Below are positions 23,335-35,449 of a stretch of DNA of 64,000 nt, in pieces (the first letter of the stretch is position 1; each line of letters begins with the position of its first letter). A program made the position numbers and the translations under genes. The notes under the pieces were generated by a model, which was not told the DNA's origin, ran no database searches, and worked only from the letters and a program-made list of their open reading frames with translations. Location: positions 37,262,001-37,326,000 of the forward strand of contig OX597823.1 in assembly GCA_951406725.2 (NCBI GenBank), written 5' to 3'. The DNA is from Octopus vulgaris. Lineage: Eukaryota.

Positions 23335-25330
23335 ATGGTCTGCCCCACGAGCTTATTTTCATATGCTAGACTTGTTCGGTCATCTCTCGGCTGATGTCTA
23401 CCTCAAATGGCAAAAGAACAGGAAGATTCCCAATGCTGTGAGTTATGGTGTCGTGAAGGCTACAAAGGAAGAACCTGAACAAGGTGGACGAAATAGATAA
23501 TTTATGACCAATATCTCTGCTGAACGTAGATTATAAGATTTTTGCCAAGGTGCTAGTTGGCCGAGAGGCTGGCGCTTGTCGTTGATAGACTTATCGATGA
23601 TGCGCAGACATTCACTATCTCAAAGAGACCTATCCGCAACAACTCTCACTTCATGCGTTCCATCATAGAGAAAGTAGGTAAGGAACCTAGCATGAGTGGG
23701 GTTCTGATCAATTTGGATCAATCAAAAGCTTTTGATTGTGTCGACAACCAATACTTGGAGGCTGTCCTCGCGGCGGCCAGTTTCTGCCCCGTTTTCAGAG
23801 ACTGGATTACTGCAATATACTGCGACATTTGTTCAGTGATCAAAGTAAATGGCCACCTAACAGAATCATTTAGTATCATGCGTTCGGTTCGCCAAGGATG
23901 TTCACTCTCGCCCCTTCTTTACATGCTGGCTCTCGAAACATTGCTACGGAAGCTGGTTGTTTCGAAGAGGATCACGTGTGAACTATGATGCAGAAGATTA
24001 GTATCGGCTTATGCGGACGACATCACCGTAATAGTTCAAACGTCTCGGAAATCGAGGTGATCGGTACTGCCCTAAAGGAGTAGAGGACAGGAGCAAATAT
24101 TAAACAGAAGTGGGTGTGCCTGCAATTCGGCTTCTAGGCAGGCAGGTCCATGCTGACCGACATCGCTGTAGGCCGCTGGACAGAAGGACCGGTTAAATTG
24201 CTCGGGGTCTGGTTTGGTCCGGATCTCTGGGGCCACAAGGACTGTGGCAGGAAGGTGACGAACACGATGGCCGTCTTACCCAGAAATGGGCAAAGAAGAT
24301 ATCGCTGAAGGGTCAGATATCGCCTGACCGTCATCTCTTGTGATGCTTCGTGGCTTGATCAAGCTGCAGCGCTCGCTCTTCCGCTTTCTCGTCAGACAGT
24401 GTATTTACTGTCAATAGCCACTGAGTGGAGGACTGGGCATGCCGTTCTTTGTGATGCACAGACATGCACTAGGGCTGTGACATCTCCAGCGTTTTTTTGA
24501 CGGTGAGCAGATGTAGCCGTCGTTTGTGGGACAGGATTTTCCACTGCTCGTCTCATTATAGGAGCTACACTCCTGGATCAAGCATAGACAGAGAAAGTGC
24601 GCTTGACACCTGGAGTGTCTGTAAATATACACAGACTTCTGCCAGTCGGGCTATGTGGTCAGTGGAATCTTCATATTGAAATTCTATAGGGAATTATTGG
24701 CGGACAAGAACAACGACGTCCTCATGGAAACTCTGGGCGTCGAGTGAGATTAGTGCGGTGGTCTTTTACGGAGGACTTTCAGACCGGGGACTTTTGATAA
24801 TCTCCGGAAATCTCTAGCTTGTCAGTGAAGCCGGCTCGAGACAAGCTCTACAGCCACAGAAGTACTGCCAGACGGACTTGTCCGAGATGTGCGCAGAATG
24901 ATGAAACTGTTCTGCATGCACTCGTCCAGCCTCAAGGAATTACTGACTTGTGGGGCTTTGTCTAATAGCTGTTTTCGCCTGTAGGGCGGATCCGGTTATC
25001 ATCCTGCTGCCTTCTTTTCGCCGAGAAGGGCAGGCAGTTTTCCTCTCTGGTGGCAATAGCGAAAAAGGTAGTGTAGTAGATGAGGTTGGCGGGACTGAAT
25101 ACAGATACTTTCCTCTTCATCTAAACGCTCTTCGAATTTTTCAAGTTCGACTTGAAAAGGAAAGTGAGCGTATTTGTGTCGAAAGGTGGGTGAATATGGT
25201 TAGGGTTTGAATGTGGAGGATGGCCCATCTGAATGAGCTTACTCTGAATCTGCGCCTGTAAGCCGGAGAGGATGAAGAGGAGAGGAGTGCTTACTTGGGA
25301 TGCCCTTGGAGATCAGGGTTACCATGTGTG
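23335..25330 (+). mobile_element. Tx1/L1-clade LINE ORF2 remnant (RT to C-terminal zinc finger)
   Basis: ISLLNVDYKIFAK, INLDQSKAFDCVD, RSVRQGCSLSPLLY, SAYADDIT, CPRCAQNDETVLHAL; a small inverted YADD piece lies at about 23170-23240. Confidence 0.9.
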
Positions 25331-25909
25331 GTGGTTCCTTGGTTGTTGTTGTTGTTGTTGTTGTTGTTATTATTATTATTATTATTATCGTTTAGTTTAG
25401 AAGGTTTGTTTAACTTTGTTGAAATATTTCATCTGTTGAAATTTTTTGTTGAAAATTTAAATAAGAACCTCTACTTCACTAGATTATAAATATTTGGAAG
25501 ATAAATATTTGGAAAATTGTGCCTGAAAATACTTATTTTCTTTTTGTCTTCACCTGTTTGGTATGATGGTAATGACAACGTCTAACAACAGATTCAGCAA
25601 AGATGTTGCGGGAAAACCTTCTCATACTACTACAACAATTTCAACAACAGTAACAACAACGGTCACAACATTTTTAACAACACAAGGAACAACGACACCA
25701 GCTGCTATAAAAACAAAAGCAACAGCAATAAGAGTAATATCAGTAACAGCAGCGTCAACAGCAGCAACAACAACAAAAATAACAACGACGATGAAGTAAG
25801 GAGATGACTTCACTAACAATCGATTACTGGGATGGTGGCGAAATGAACTTTGTACTTTTCACTCTCTAACAAAAGTAAAACAGCTTCTAAAGGGGAATAG
25901 GAGGAGAGC

Positions 25910-26450
25910 ACACGTTGCCATCTCAGCCGAGGTATTGGAAGCAACCGCATGGAAGATGGTGTGGGTCGCTGTTTGTCAGTTTAAACCCAACACCTAGAAT
26001 CAGCGATACACGCCCAGGTGGAAAGAGCCCTGGCAAAATATACGAAGACGTAGATCAGGTAACCAGTGCAAGTTGGCTCGAAAGTATGGTGACCCTTTTC
26101 GCTGAAGCACTCTACAGTTCTCACACGCGATGGGGAGCTCACTCTCAACCCAATGTATTAAGAGAGATATTCCAATTGCATCGGACATCTGGTGGTTGTT
26201 GGCCTGTGCTAGTCCTTGAAGTGAAATGAATGAGGAGGGAGTTTGGGTCTGGGGGAACAGTGGGGATCCTCAGCCAGATCGAACCGAAGGAAGTAAGAAA
26301 AGATACTAGATTGTATCCACCTGTACAAAGATGTGGAGCTATTTGTTGCGATTGAGAGCAGAAAGCCAATGTGCCATGTGCGTCATACGGAAAGCTAATT
26401 CAGAGCTTTCTGTCCCCAATAAAAAACAGGAGGGAAGAGATTTCCCACTA
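25910..26450 (+). mobile_element. Tx1-type ORF1 remnant
   Basis: FVAIESRKPMCHVRHTES*FRAFCPQ, a decayed zinc knuckle similar to those at about 32540 and 37860. Confidence 0.55.
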
Positions 26451-26551
26451 CTGCCTATGCCGCAACAACAACAGCGTACAGCATTACCAGGAATAACAGC
26501 AGCAGTAGCAGCAGCGACGAAAGCAGCAAGAACAACAGCAGCAACAGTAGT

Positions 26552-26929
26552 GGAGGCGCAATGGCCCAATGGTTAGGGCAGCGTACTCGCGGTCGGAGGA
26601 TCGCGGTTTCGATTCCCAGATCGGGCGTTGTGTGTATTTATTGAGCGAAAACGCCTAAAGCACCACGAGGCTCCGGCATGGGAGGGGGCGACCCCTGTTG
26701 TACTCTTTCGCCCCAACTTTCTCTCACTCTTTCTTCCTGTTTCTTATCCCCAACTTCCTACGCAACTGCTGAGCCTGGATGCGCATTCATCCATCCGTCG
26801 ATGCTCTCGGTGTCGGGTGTTGACCTGCTTTCTCTTCTGCGGGCCTTACGAATAGCAAAGGACCACGTTTTGGACTTCTCCCACTTTGGGACGAAGACCG
26901 CTTCGCTCAACAAACAAACAAACAAACAA
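26552..26929 (+). mobile_element. tRNA-derived SINE, apparently full length, (CAAA)n tail
   Basis: A box tggcccaatgg, B box ggtttcgattcc, ~300-bp non-tRNA body, caaacaaacaaac tail; no tRNA 3' acceptor arm. Confidence 0.8.
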
Positions 26930-27174
26930 GCAGCAACAGTAAGCTTATCACCAATAACAATGACACCCACAACAGACTGATCGCTCGGAAAAATATCCAA
27001 CCTAACCCCGTTATTACTCTCTCTCCCTCTTCCCACTTTCAAATACAAACACACACATAGGCACATACGCTAACACAGATCCACCCCTTCCACATCGGAT
27101 CTTTCCAACGAGGAAATATCATCAAGCAAATCAAATAATAATATAAAAATAAAATGACATCAAAAGAATTGAAT

Positions 27175-27365
27175 GAAGACTGAGCTTGTTGAGTCAAGGC
27201 CTGTCATTATTTTCTTCTGTTTTTCTTTTTCTTTTATAGTTTTTCTAATCGATCTCTGGAGCGCTTCGATTCTCATAAAGATTTTTTTGTGTGCATACGG
27301 ATACCATTGTGGGCAGCAATATTCCAGATAAGATATACTTGGCAGGCGACCAAGACTGAAATTAT
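27175..27365 (-). mobile_element. CR1-group LINE C-terminal fragment
   Basis: SYLEYCCPQWYPY...RIEALQRSIRK resembles the CR1 motif LEYC..VW.P...IE.VQR. Confidence 0.6.
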
Positions 27366-27699
27366 TGTAAACGGGGAGCAAAACGGGGGACATTTTTACT
27401 TTTGTTTTTTTTTTACTTTACGTAACATAATGAAAGTGTGCATGTGTAAGTAATTAAAACACATTTGTCTGAAGTTGCAGCAGCAATAAATAGCAAAGAG
27501 GGAGACAGAAAGAGAGAGAGAGAGAGAGGCAGACAGACAGGCGGAGACGCAGAGACAGGCAGACAGAGACAGATAGACAAATGAATGTAATGTGGAGATG
27601 TATTCAGATTTACGCTATGATATCTCGAATTTTAATATCAGCAGAACGTAAGTTGATACGTGAAACTATAACTTCTGTAGGACACAGATAAATATACCA

Positions 27700-28073
<374 letters not shown>

Positions 28074-28650
28074 CAAGGTGCGATAGGTAAATTGTTGCCA
28101 TCGTATATTTTTGATTTCGCACATGCGCATTGTTTGTTTTTGATTTTGTCGACTACACAGTATAGTAGGGTCAGCTGGGCACTGTCTGTGAGAAAAACAG
28201 CACCATGATGCAATTCACTCTGCCAGAAATTTGAAAATGACATACTTGACTGCTTGGCATTCACGCCAGAAGCTCCAATGCGAACATTTCAGAATGTTTG
28301 GGTGTTAATCTGAGGTTAGTGCAGAGGATTCGGAAAGTGTTGGATGAGTCTAATGGTGATTATGAAGGTACGGCAGCTCGGAAAACTCACTCAGATCGTT
28401 CTGATAAGAAAAAAAAACTCCTGAATTTGTTGGTGAGATCCAGGCCATAATTGACTACGATTCCTCCAAGTCAATCAGGTCCATCGCCAGGGACATCGGA
28501 ATGTCTGAGTTTCTTATCAGGCAGGTAGTGCATGAAGACATTCGGTATTCCTCATACTAGATGAGAAAAGGCCAATTTTTATCCCAAGTCATCAAGGACA
28601 ATAGCGAAGACCATGCTACGAAGCTTTTGAACAAACTCAAGCATCCCTCC
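28074..28650 (+). mobile_element. Tc1/mariner (maT/DD37D-like) 5' half
   Basis: TA|caaggtgcgat end; HTH-like [19 protein letters not shown] and SKSIRSIARDIGMSEFLIRQVVHEDIRY. Confidence 0.8.
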
Positions 28651-28894
28651 AACCGGCTAGTAGATTTAAAATGTGGGGGGTTAAAAAGGTAATCCTATCA
28701 TCAAGAGTTGTGAGACTCTACTTGGCTCTCTAAAGCAACCAACCTGTACATTTCCCCCCTCTTTATATATTCGCGAAGATCAATGCTAACCTGATTCTCC
28801 ACTTAGCAAGACAAAATATTAAAATATAAGACAAAGGTGATAGAGTTCTGTTTCGCTCTCACTTCTGTTCCTCTATTTCTTACTTGCATTGTGC

Positions 28895-29045
28895 GAATTT
28901 TCGTAAGAAGAAGTTTGCTTCCCAACCACATGGTTACGAGTTTAGTCATTCTGCGTGGTACCTTGGGCACGTGTACTATAGCCTCGGGTAACCAAAGCCT
29001 TGTAAGTGTATTTGGTAGACAGAAACTTATAAATAACCGTGACTG
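28895..29045 (+). mobile_element. SINE fragment (family of 7657)
   Basis: aagaagtttgcttcccaaccacatggtt...ctgcgtggtaccttgggca...tatagcctcggg...ccaaagccttgt. Confidence 0.75.
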
Positions 29046-29109
29046 CGTGTGAACCGTTGGCGATTTTTTCCCCTCCGTCTTCCCTTCTCTGGATCTTTCC
29101 TTTTCCTAT

Positions 29110-29144
29110 GTTTCTGACGAAGAACTCCGCTCGAAACGTAAAAC
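29110..29144 (+). ncRNA. Minimal type I hammerhead ribozyme motif inside a ~200-bp insert (29050-29245) ending in (TA)n
   Basis: gttt CTGACGA a gaac-tcc-gctc GAAA cg TA aaac: intact core, stem I gttt/aaac, palindromic ACGT stem III, one mismatch in stem II. Confidence 0.7.
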
Positions 29145-29241
29145 CCTCCTTCTTCCCTTCCTTCCTGAGGGTCCAATAATACTATTTTTGTTCCACGTCC
29201 TCGCGTTGTTGTTTTCTCTTTGTGTTTTCATGTTTGGATTA

Positions 29242-29303
<62 letters not shown>

Positions 29304-29618
29304 AATGTGTGTGTGTGTGTAAAGTCACAATATATAGATTCAAGCAATCCGGCAGTACTCATAGTTTGTCATACCACAAACCATATGGAGTATACTGTAA
29401 TACGCAAGAGAAAAAAATAAGGAGATTATAAAGATATAAACGATGGAGAAATATTTCTCCATCGTTTATATCTCTATATGTGTCTGTATGCATGTATGTA
29501 TATATAAACACACATATATATAAACATATATATATTCACACATATATACATATATGCATGTATTGATCAAATAATGTGTGTGTGTGAGTGCGCGTGTGTG
29601 TTCATGCGTGTACATATA

Positions 29619-30310
29619 CACTGCGTTTCGAATTATTAACGACGTAACATTTTTTATTTTTTATTTAAAATCTACTCGTTGGAATTCAACGAAATTTCCA
29701 CAGAATTATGGCAACAGTTATATGCCCGTGGTGTGTAAAATACGTGAGGTTTTACGCAAGTCTAAATAAACCGCGGTCATTTGCATAATTTCCACAAACT
29801 TTCAGTGTTCCAAATTATTAATGAGATCTGATAATCGTGTCATTGAGGGTCGTAAATGTGACTTAACTGCTTCAGAGAAATTTGTTATTACTTCTGAAGT
29901 TGCAAAATGTAAATCAACATTAGAAATATCTGAAATAATTGGAAGATATCACCAAGCTATGAAGAGTTTGTTGCAGTTCCTACGAAGATACGTAAGCGAG
30001 TCGACAAGTGTCAGTCGAGGGCTGTTTCTCGACGTTCTCTATTACGAAGCTGTAAATAATCCAGCTCTTACAAGTGGAGAACGTTTCAAATGCATTGGCG
30101 AAAAAACTGTGTCCAGAACTACCCGATGTTGTCTGCTGAAAAAGATCGCTAAACCAGTGACATCAGTTAAAAGGCCTTCTTTATACCAAATACACACAAA
30201 ATCGTCTGAAATGGGCAGAAGATAACATGAAGGTCAACTTCTCAAAAGTTTTGTTTACGGACAAATCTCGTGCAGCCTTTGATGGACCTGTTGACTGGAG
30301 CAAGGGATGA
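29619..30310 (+). mobile_element. Tc1-family transposon 5' part
   Basis: TA|cactgcgtttcgaattatt end; GRKCDLTASEK...STLEISEIIGR HTH; WAEDNMKVNFSKVLFTDKSRAAFDGP (first catalytic D region). Confidence 0.85.
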
Positions 30311-30899
30311 GTTGTAAATGGATGAAATGTGGGAGTTTTTTGTGGTGTTTGGCAGGTGCCCGAACCTTAAAATTCATGTCTGGGCTCATATGTGTATGTG
30401 TTTTCATTTGTGCATGTTTTGGTTAAAAACTTTGCTGTGTTCTTATGATGTAATGGTGGGAGGGCCGAAGGCAAAGGATCTAATGATTATAGTCAAGTTG
30501 GGGCCAGTAGGTAAGATACTATCTAAATTCTCTCAAGGGGCTAAAAATGTCATTTCTGCAACTTAGATAGATGGACTGGTGTTAAAAATATTTTAAGGTG
30601 ACTTCTTTTTCGTCAACTAAACATAATCTGCATTTTCTGCTACTATTTAAATATGTCTTGCAAAATTTTCTACTTGATGTATTCCACGGAGCTTTCTTTT
30701 AAAGATTATACATTTATACATATACATATTTATGTATGTATGTATGCATGTATGTATGTATGTATGTATGTATGTATGTATGTATGTATGCATGTATGTA
30801 AGAAAGGCGAAATTTTAAGACAACGTAAAAAATCGCAAGAAATGCCGCTAAGCATTTTCCGGGTGCACTAACGCTTCTGCCAACTTGCCGCCTAACTAT

Positions 30900-31415
30900 T
30901 ACTTTGCCCAAAATCACTACAAGTTGTGGCGACACAATAAGGTAGTGAAAGAGCTACATTGGAAACTGCGAAAAGTGGGCGCTAGAGAGAGGCAAGACGT
31001 GATATTAGCACACACCGCAGAGAGTGACGGAATCAGTGACTTGCAAAATTCTCTAGGACTTCCCAATCAAAATAGATCAGGTGCTAAAGTATAACAGACC
31101 CGACTTAATGGTGGTCTACAAAATACACTACATGTACTATATAGCTGATGTTGCACGCCCCTTTGACCCACGAATAGTCGAGAAAAAATGTGAAAAAGTA
31201 GATAAATATAACCCTCTTAAGTAGGAAATAGCCCGGCCATTGTAAATGAGAAGGTAAAGATAGTGTCAATTATTGTTGGGTCCTTGGGGAGAGTATCAGA
31301 AGGCATCATGCGAAAGATAAAAGAAATTAGAATAGAATGCCCTGTAAAATTGCTACAATAGCTTTGTGTCCTTGGCACGGCCAGAATAATCAGGAAAGTA
31401 TTAGTTGAAAAGAAC
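30900..31415 (+). mobile_element. R4/Dong-like non-LTR retrotransposon, RLE-domain remnant
   Basis: LAQNHYKLWRHNKVVKELHW, YNRPDLMVV, IADVARPFD, KVDKY, IVSIIVGSLG, LGTARIIRKVL; TAA repeats follow. Confidence 0.8.
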
Positions 31416-31444
31416 AGATAGCATGATAATAATTCTAATAATAA

Positions 31445-32640
31445 TCTTTTCTTTATCGGCCACAAGGGCCGAACAAAAAACAAAAAGAGACAATACAACA
31501 CAAGGGCCAAGTAGAGAATAACACAAAAACTCGTGTAGACAATAAAACAATAACAATTAATAAAACTTCTCAAATGATGGGGAGTTCCATCCAGAGACGA
31601 TCAAGAAACTTTACACATCCTGCAACCCTGCCTCTCATTCCAGGTTGTGCAATGGATGCGTAGATTTCAAAGTTGTCAAGAATGTGCACTATTGTTCGCA
31701 TGTTCGAAACCCTAATCTCGCTGGCAGCTATCGTTACAACTCTAGCGACCCGAGATCATTGAGCAAGTGACCTTGCTTCCAAGACGACCCCTGGTCACGT
31801 TCATATATACAACTTGTTTGTGTTAACGTTTGTGGAGCTGGTGGGGCTTGAGATATTGTCGGTGCGACTGTGCCTGCTGCGCGCTCTCTGCGTTCTCCGG
31901 TGCGTGTACCGGTGTGAGGCCGGATGTTTTTTTCCTGTGTTTTCCTTTTTGCTCTTTGGGGTTTTTCTTTTCGGTTTATGGGGTTCCTCCTCGTCTTGAC
32001 TTTGTGATGTGGAGGAACCAGAGTCTGTGGAGTTCGTCCCATATATGGGCAGGTGTGAGTGTGTGCTTATGTGTGTATCTATGTGTGAGTGTATGTTTGA
32101 GAGAGTGAGAGATGGAGATCTGGGTTGAGGAACGCCGTGAGTGGTCCTCTGTGTCAAAATTCATTTCGATGTTGGTGATAACAGTGATGGTGGTGCTGCT
32201 GGGGGCTGTTGTCATTGCTGTTGCTGCTACTGTTGCTACTGCTTTGACTTTGTGATGTGGAGGAACCAGAGTCTGTGGAGTTCGTCCCATATATGGGCAG
32301 GTGTGAGTGTGTGCTTATGTGTGTATCTATGTGTAGATGGGGTCACCGCTAGAAACCCTAATACCGCCTGTCATTTTGGTGGTGTGATTTTTTCTTTGTG
32401 ATGCACTGGCCACTGTTGCTGTTCTTGCAGTACTTTTCTTGCGATGTTGTAGATGTTGTTGTCGTTGTTGTAGCAGTACCTCTGACGTCAGTACTGGAAC
32501 ATCATTTCCCCCTTTTTGTTTTTGTTGTGTAAGCAGAACGCCCGTACATGATCCGCCGTTCCTCAAACATAGCATCTCGGTCGTCTGCTCTCCACTCTCA
32601 CTCTTAACTCTGTTCCATACTTTATTGTTTTTCAACCGTG
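31445..32640 (-). mobile_element. Internally deleted Tx1-like element (ORF1 end + APE start + 3' end)
   Basis: VRVESRRPRCYV*GTADHVRAFC knuckle; SSWKQGHLLNDL..IAASEIR..FEIYAS..GRVA APE start; ends cccttgtggccgataaagaaa; contains an exact ~90-bp duplication (31997-32086 / 32244-32333). Confidence 0.7.
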
Positions 32641-32978
32641 AAATAATGAAAGGTAAAGTTTTCTTTGGCAGGATTTGATCTCAGAATGGTTCAGAAGAGC
32701 TGGAATAAATTAAGTGCCGCTAAGCATTTTGTCCGACGTGCTAACTATTCTGCCAGTCCACCACTCAAACCAATATTAATAATCCTTTCTACTATAGGCA
32801 CAAGGCCTGAAATTTTGAAGGATGGGGAAAATAGATCACATCGACCCTAGTACTTGAATAGTATGAAAGGCAAAGTCGATCTCGTTGGAATTTGAACTCA
32901 GAACGTACAGACGGACAAATACCGCTAAGCATTTTGCCCGACGTGCTAACGACTCTGCCAGCTCGTAGGTTTCAAACC

Positions 32979-33011
<33 letters not shown>

Positions 33012-33230
33012 TGCTTTCCAATATAAATACAAGATCAAAGATTTGAGGGAAGGGAAGTACTTGATTACGTCAGTATTTGGGTGGTACTTTATTTTATGAC
33101 ATTGAAAGGATGAAATTTGTAAAGTTGATTTCTACACAATTTGAAACTCAGAATGTAAAGAGCAGAAACAAATATTATAATACTATACGGCATTTTCTCC
33201 AACGTTCTACCGATTCGACCACCTTTACCA
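32640..33230 (-). mobile_element. Cluster of about three SINE copies (ggcgagctggcagaa family)
   Basis: Repeated ccgctaagcatttt...cgacgtgctaac...ctgccag and gaatttgaactcagaa blocks separated by (TAA)n. Confidence 0.75.
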
Positions 33231-33309
33231 TAATAATAAACCCCCAAATGACCGTTAACTGGCTAATGTCACCTAGTTATCCCTTGCTCACATTTGAAAA
33301 AAATATCAA

Positions 33310-33845
33310 AACTGCTCCACTTCCGCTTCCGCCTTCTCCTCCTCCTCCTCCTCCACCTCCCTTCCTCCGCCTCCTCCTCTTATTCCTACAAATTATTTTT
33401 TGTTTACTTCCCCCCTTTTCTCTTCCTTTTTCTCCTCCTTTTCTTCTACTACTTTATTTTTCTTTCATTTCTTTTTCAGCTTTTTTGTTTCTTTTCTGTT
33501 CAACTCCCCTTATCTACTTCTTTTCTTCATCTTCGTTTTCATCTTTTTCTTCTTTCTAATTCTTTATCTTCCTTTCTTAACGTTTTCATTGCATTTTCTA
33601 TTCTTTTTCTATCTCTCCTCTTTCTCTTCCTTTTCTCTATAACCCTCCTTACTCACATTCTATTACTTTTCTTCTTTTTCGTTTCCAACTATTTTTCTCC
33701 TCTTGACCGTCCTTTTATTCTCGGCCTATTTCTCCTCCCCACTTTCTTCATCTTCCTCTTTGTCTTTTATCTTGTTTTTCTTCATCATCACTTTCTTCCT
33801 TATCACCCTCTTCTCCACCTTCCTTTTCCCCTCCCACTCAGTCAC
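33310..33845. repeat. Long pyrimidine-rich low-complexity tract
   Basis: About 530 bp that is nearly all C/T on the + strand. Confidence 0.9.
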
Positions 33846-34015
33846 ACAAAATTCATTTATTAGATATCTCTAAACATCTCACATTGTACACACACACACA
33901 CACACACATAATATATCCTTTCTGTCTTTTTCGTTTGTTCATTTTTATTTAGATTTCACCATTTGTGATTTTACTTTCATTTGTTGTCTTAACTTTTTTC
34001 TTTTCTACTTGTATT

Positions 34016-34443
<428 letters not shown>

Positions 34444-34753
34444 ATTTTTTTTTTCATTTCATCGCTGATATATATTGTTCTTCTCTGTTTCTTGCATATT
34501 ATTTTAGTGTCATTTTCTCCCTAGGTGATATTTCTAAGTCTTTCTTTTCACATATTTCATATTTCCATACAATATCTTGTTTTCTTTACTTAATTTCTTT
34601 TCGCTATCTTGCTTACCACGGTGGTTGTTTTGCTTCGTTTCTTGTTTTCTTTGGGGTGGCTTTAATGCTTATTTTCCTTACTTATTTCTTGGGCTGCTGC
34701 ATATAACATACGACCGACATTGCTACTGCTGTTGTTGTTGTTGTTATTGTTGG

Positions 34754-34800
<47 letters not shown>

Positions 34801-34965
34801 GCTATCGTATGTGCAAGAGGGTAACATTACCAGCACATTCCAATGTAAGCCATTACGTTATCTTCATCCTATTTTTCAGAGAGAGAGAGAAGAAAGTGCA
34901 TCAGTTTCAACACCAACATTGTAATGTAGAGAAGAATTAAGGCAGATAACGACAATAACAGCAGC

Positions 34966-35037
<72 letters not shown>

Positions 35038-35222
35038 GAGGAGCAGGAGGAGGATTACGATGATGATGAAGGGGGTAAATGTAATAATAATAAAAATAAT
35101 GTGTAGTAAGAATATTGATAATAGTAATGATGACAACGACAATAATATCAATAACAACAAAGACAACGATGACAACGACAACAACAATAATATGAATGAT
35201 GATGGTGATGATGGTGATGATA

Positions 35223-35259
<37 letters not shown>

Positions 35260-35449
35260 CTTCATTTACCACAAAGGGTTTACATTCAGAAAAAAACATG
35301 AACAATACAGGACAAAAGAAAGAATGTGTATGTATGTGTGTGAGAGTGTGTTTTGTGAGGGTTTTGTGTTTAAACAAGATTAACATAATGAAACAAAAAA
35401 ATCAACAATGTGTAATCCTCAATAGAGAGGAGACGTTCGAGAGCTACTC

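Noticed and set aside
26552-26630. Possible tRNA gene
   Set aside because: A and B boxes are present but the acceptor stem does not close, and a long body with a (CAAA)n tail follows, so it is a SINE.
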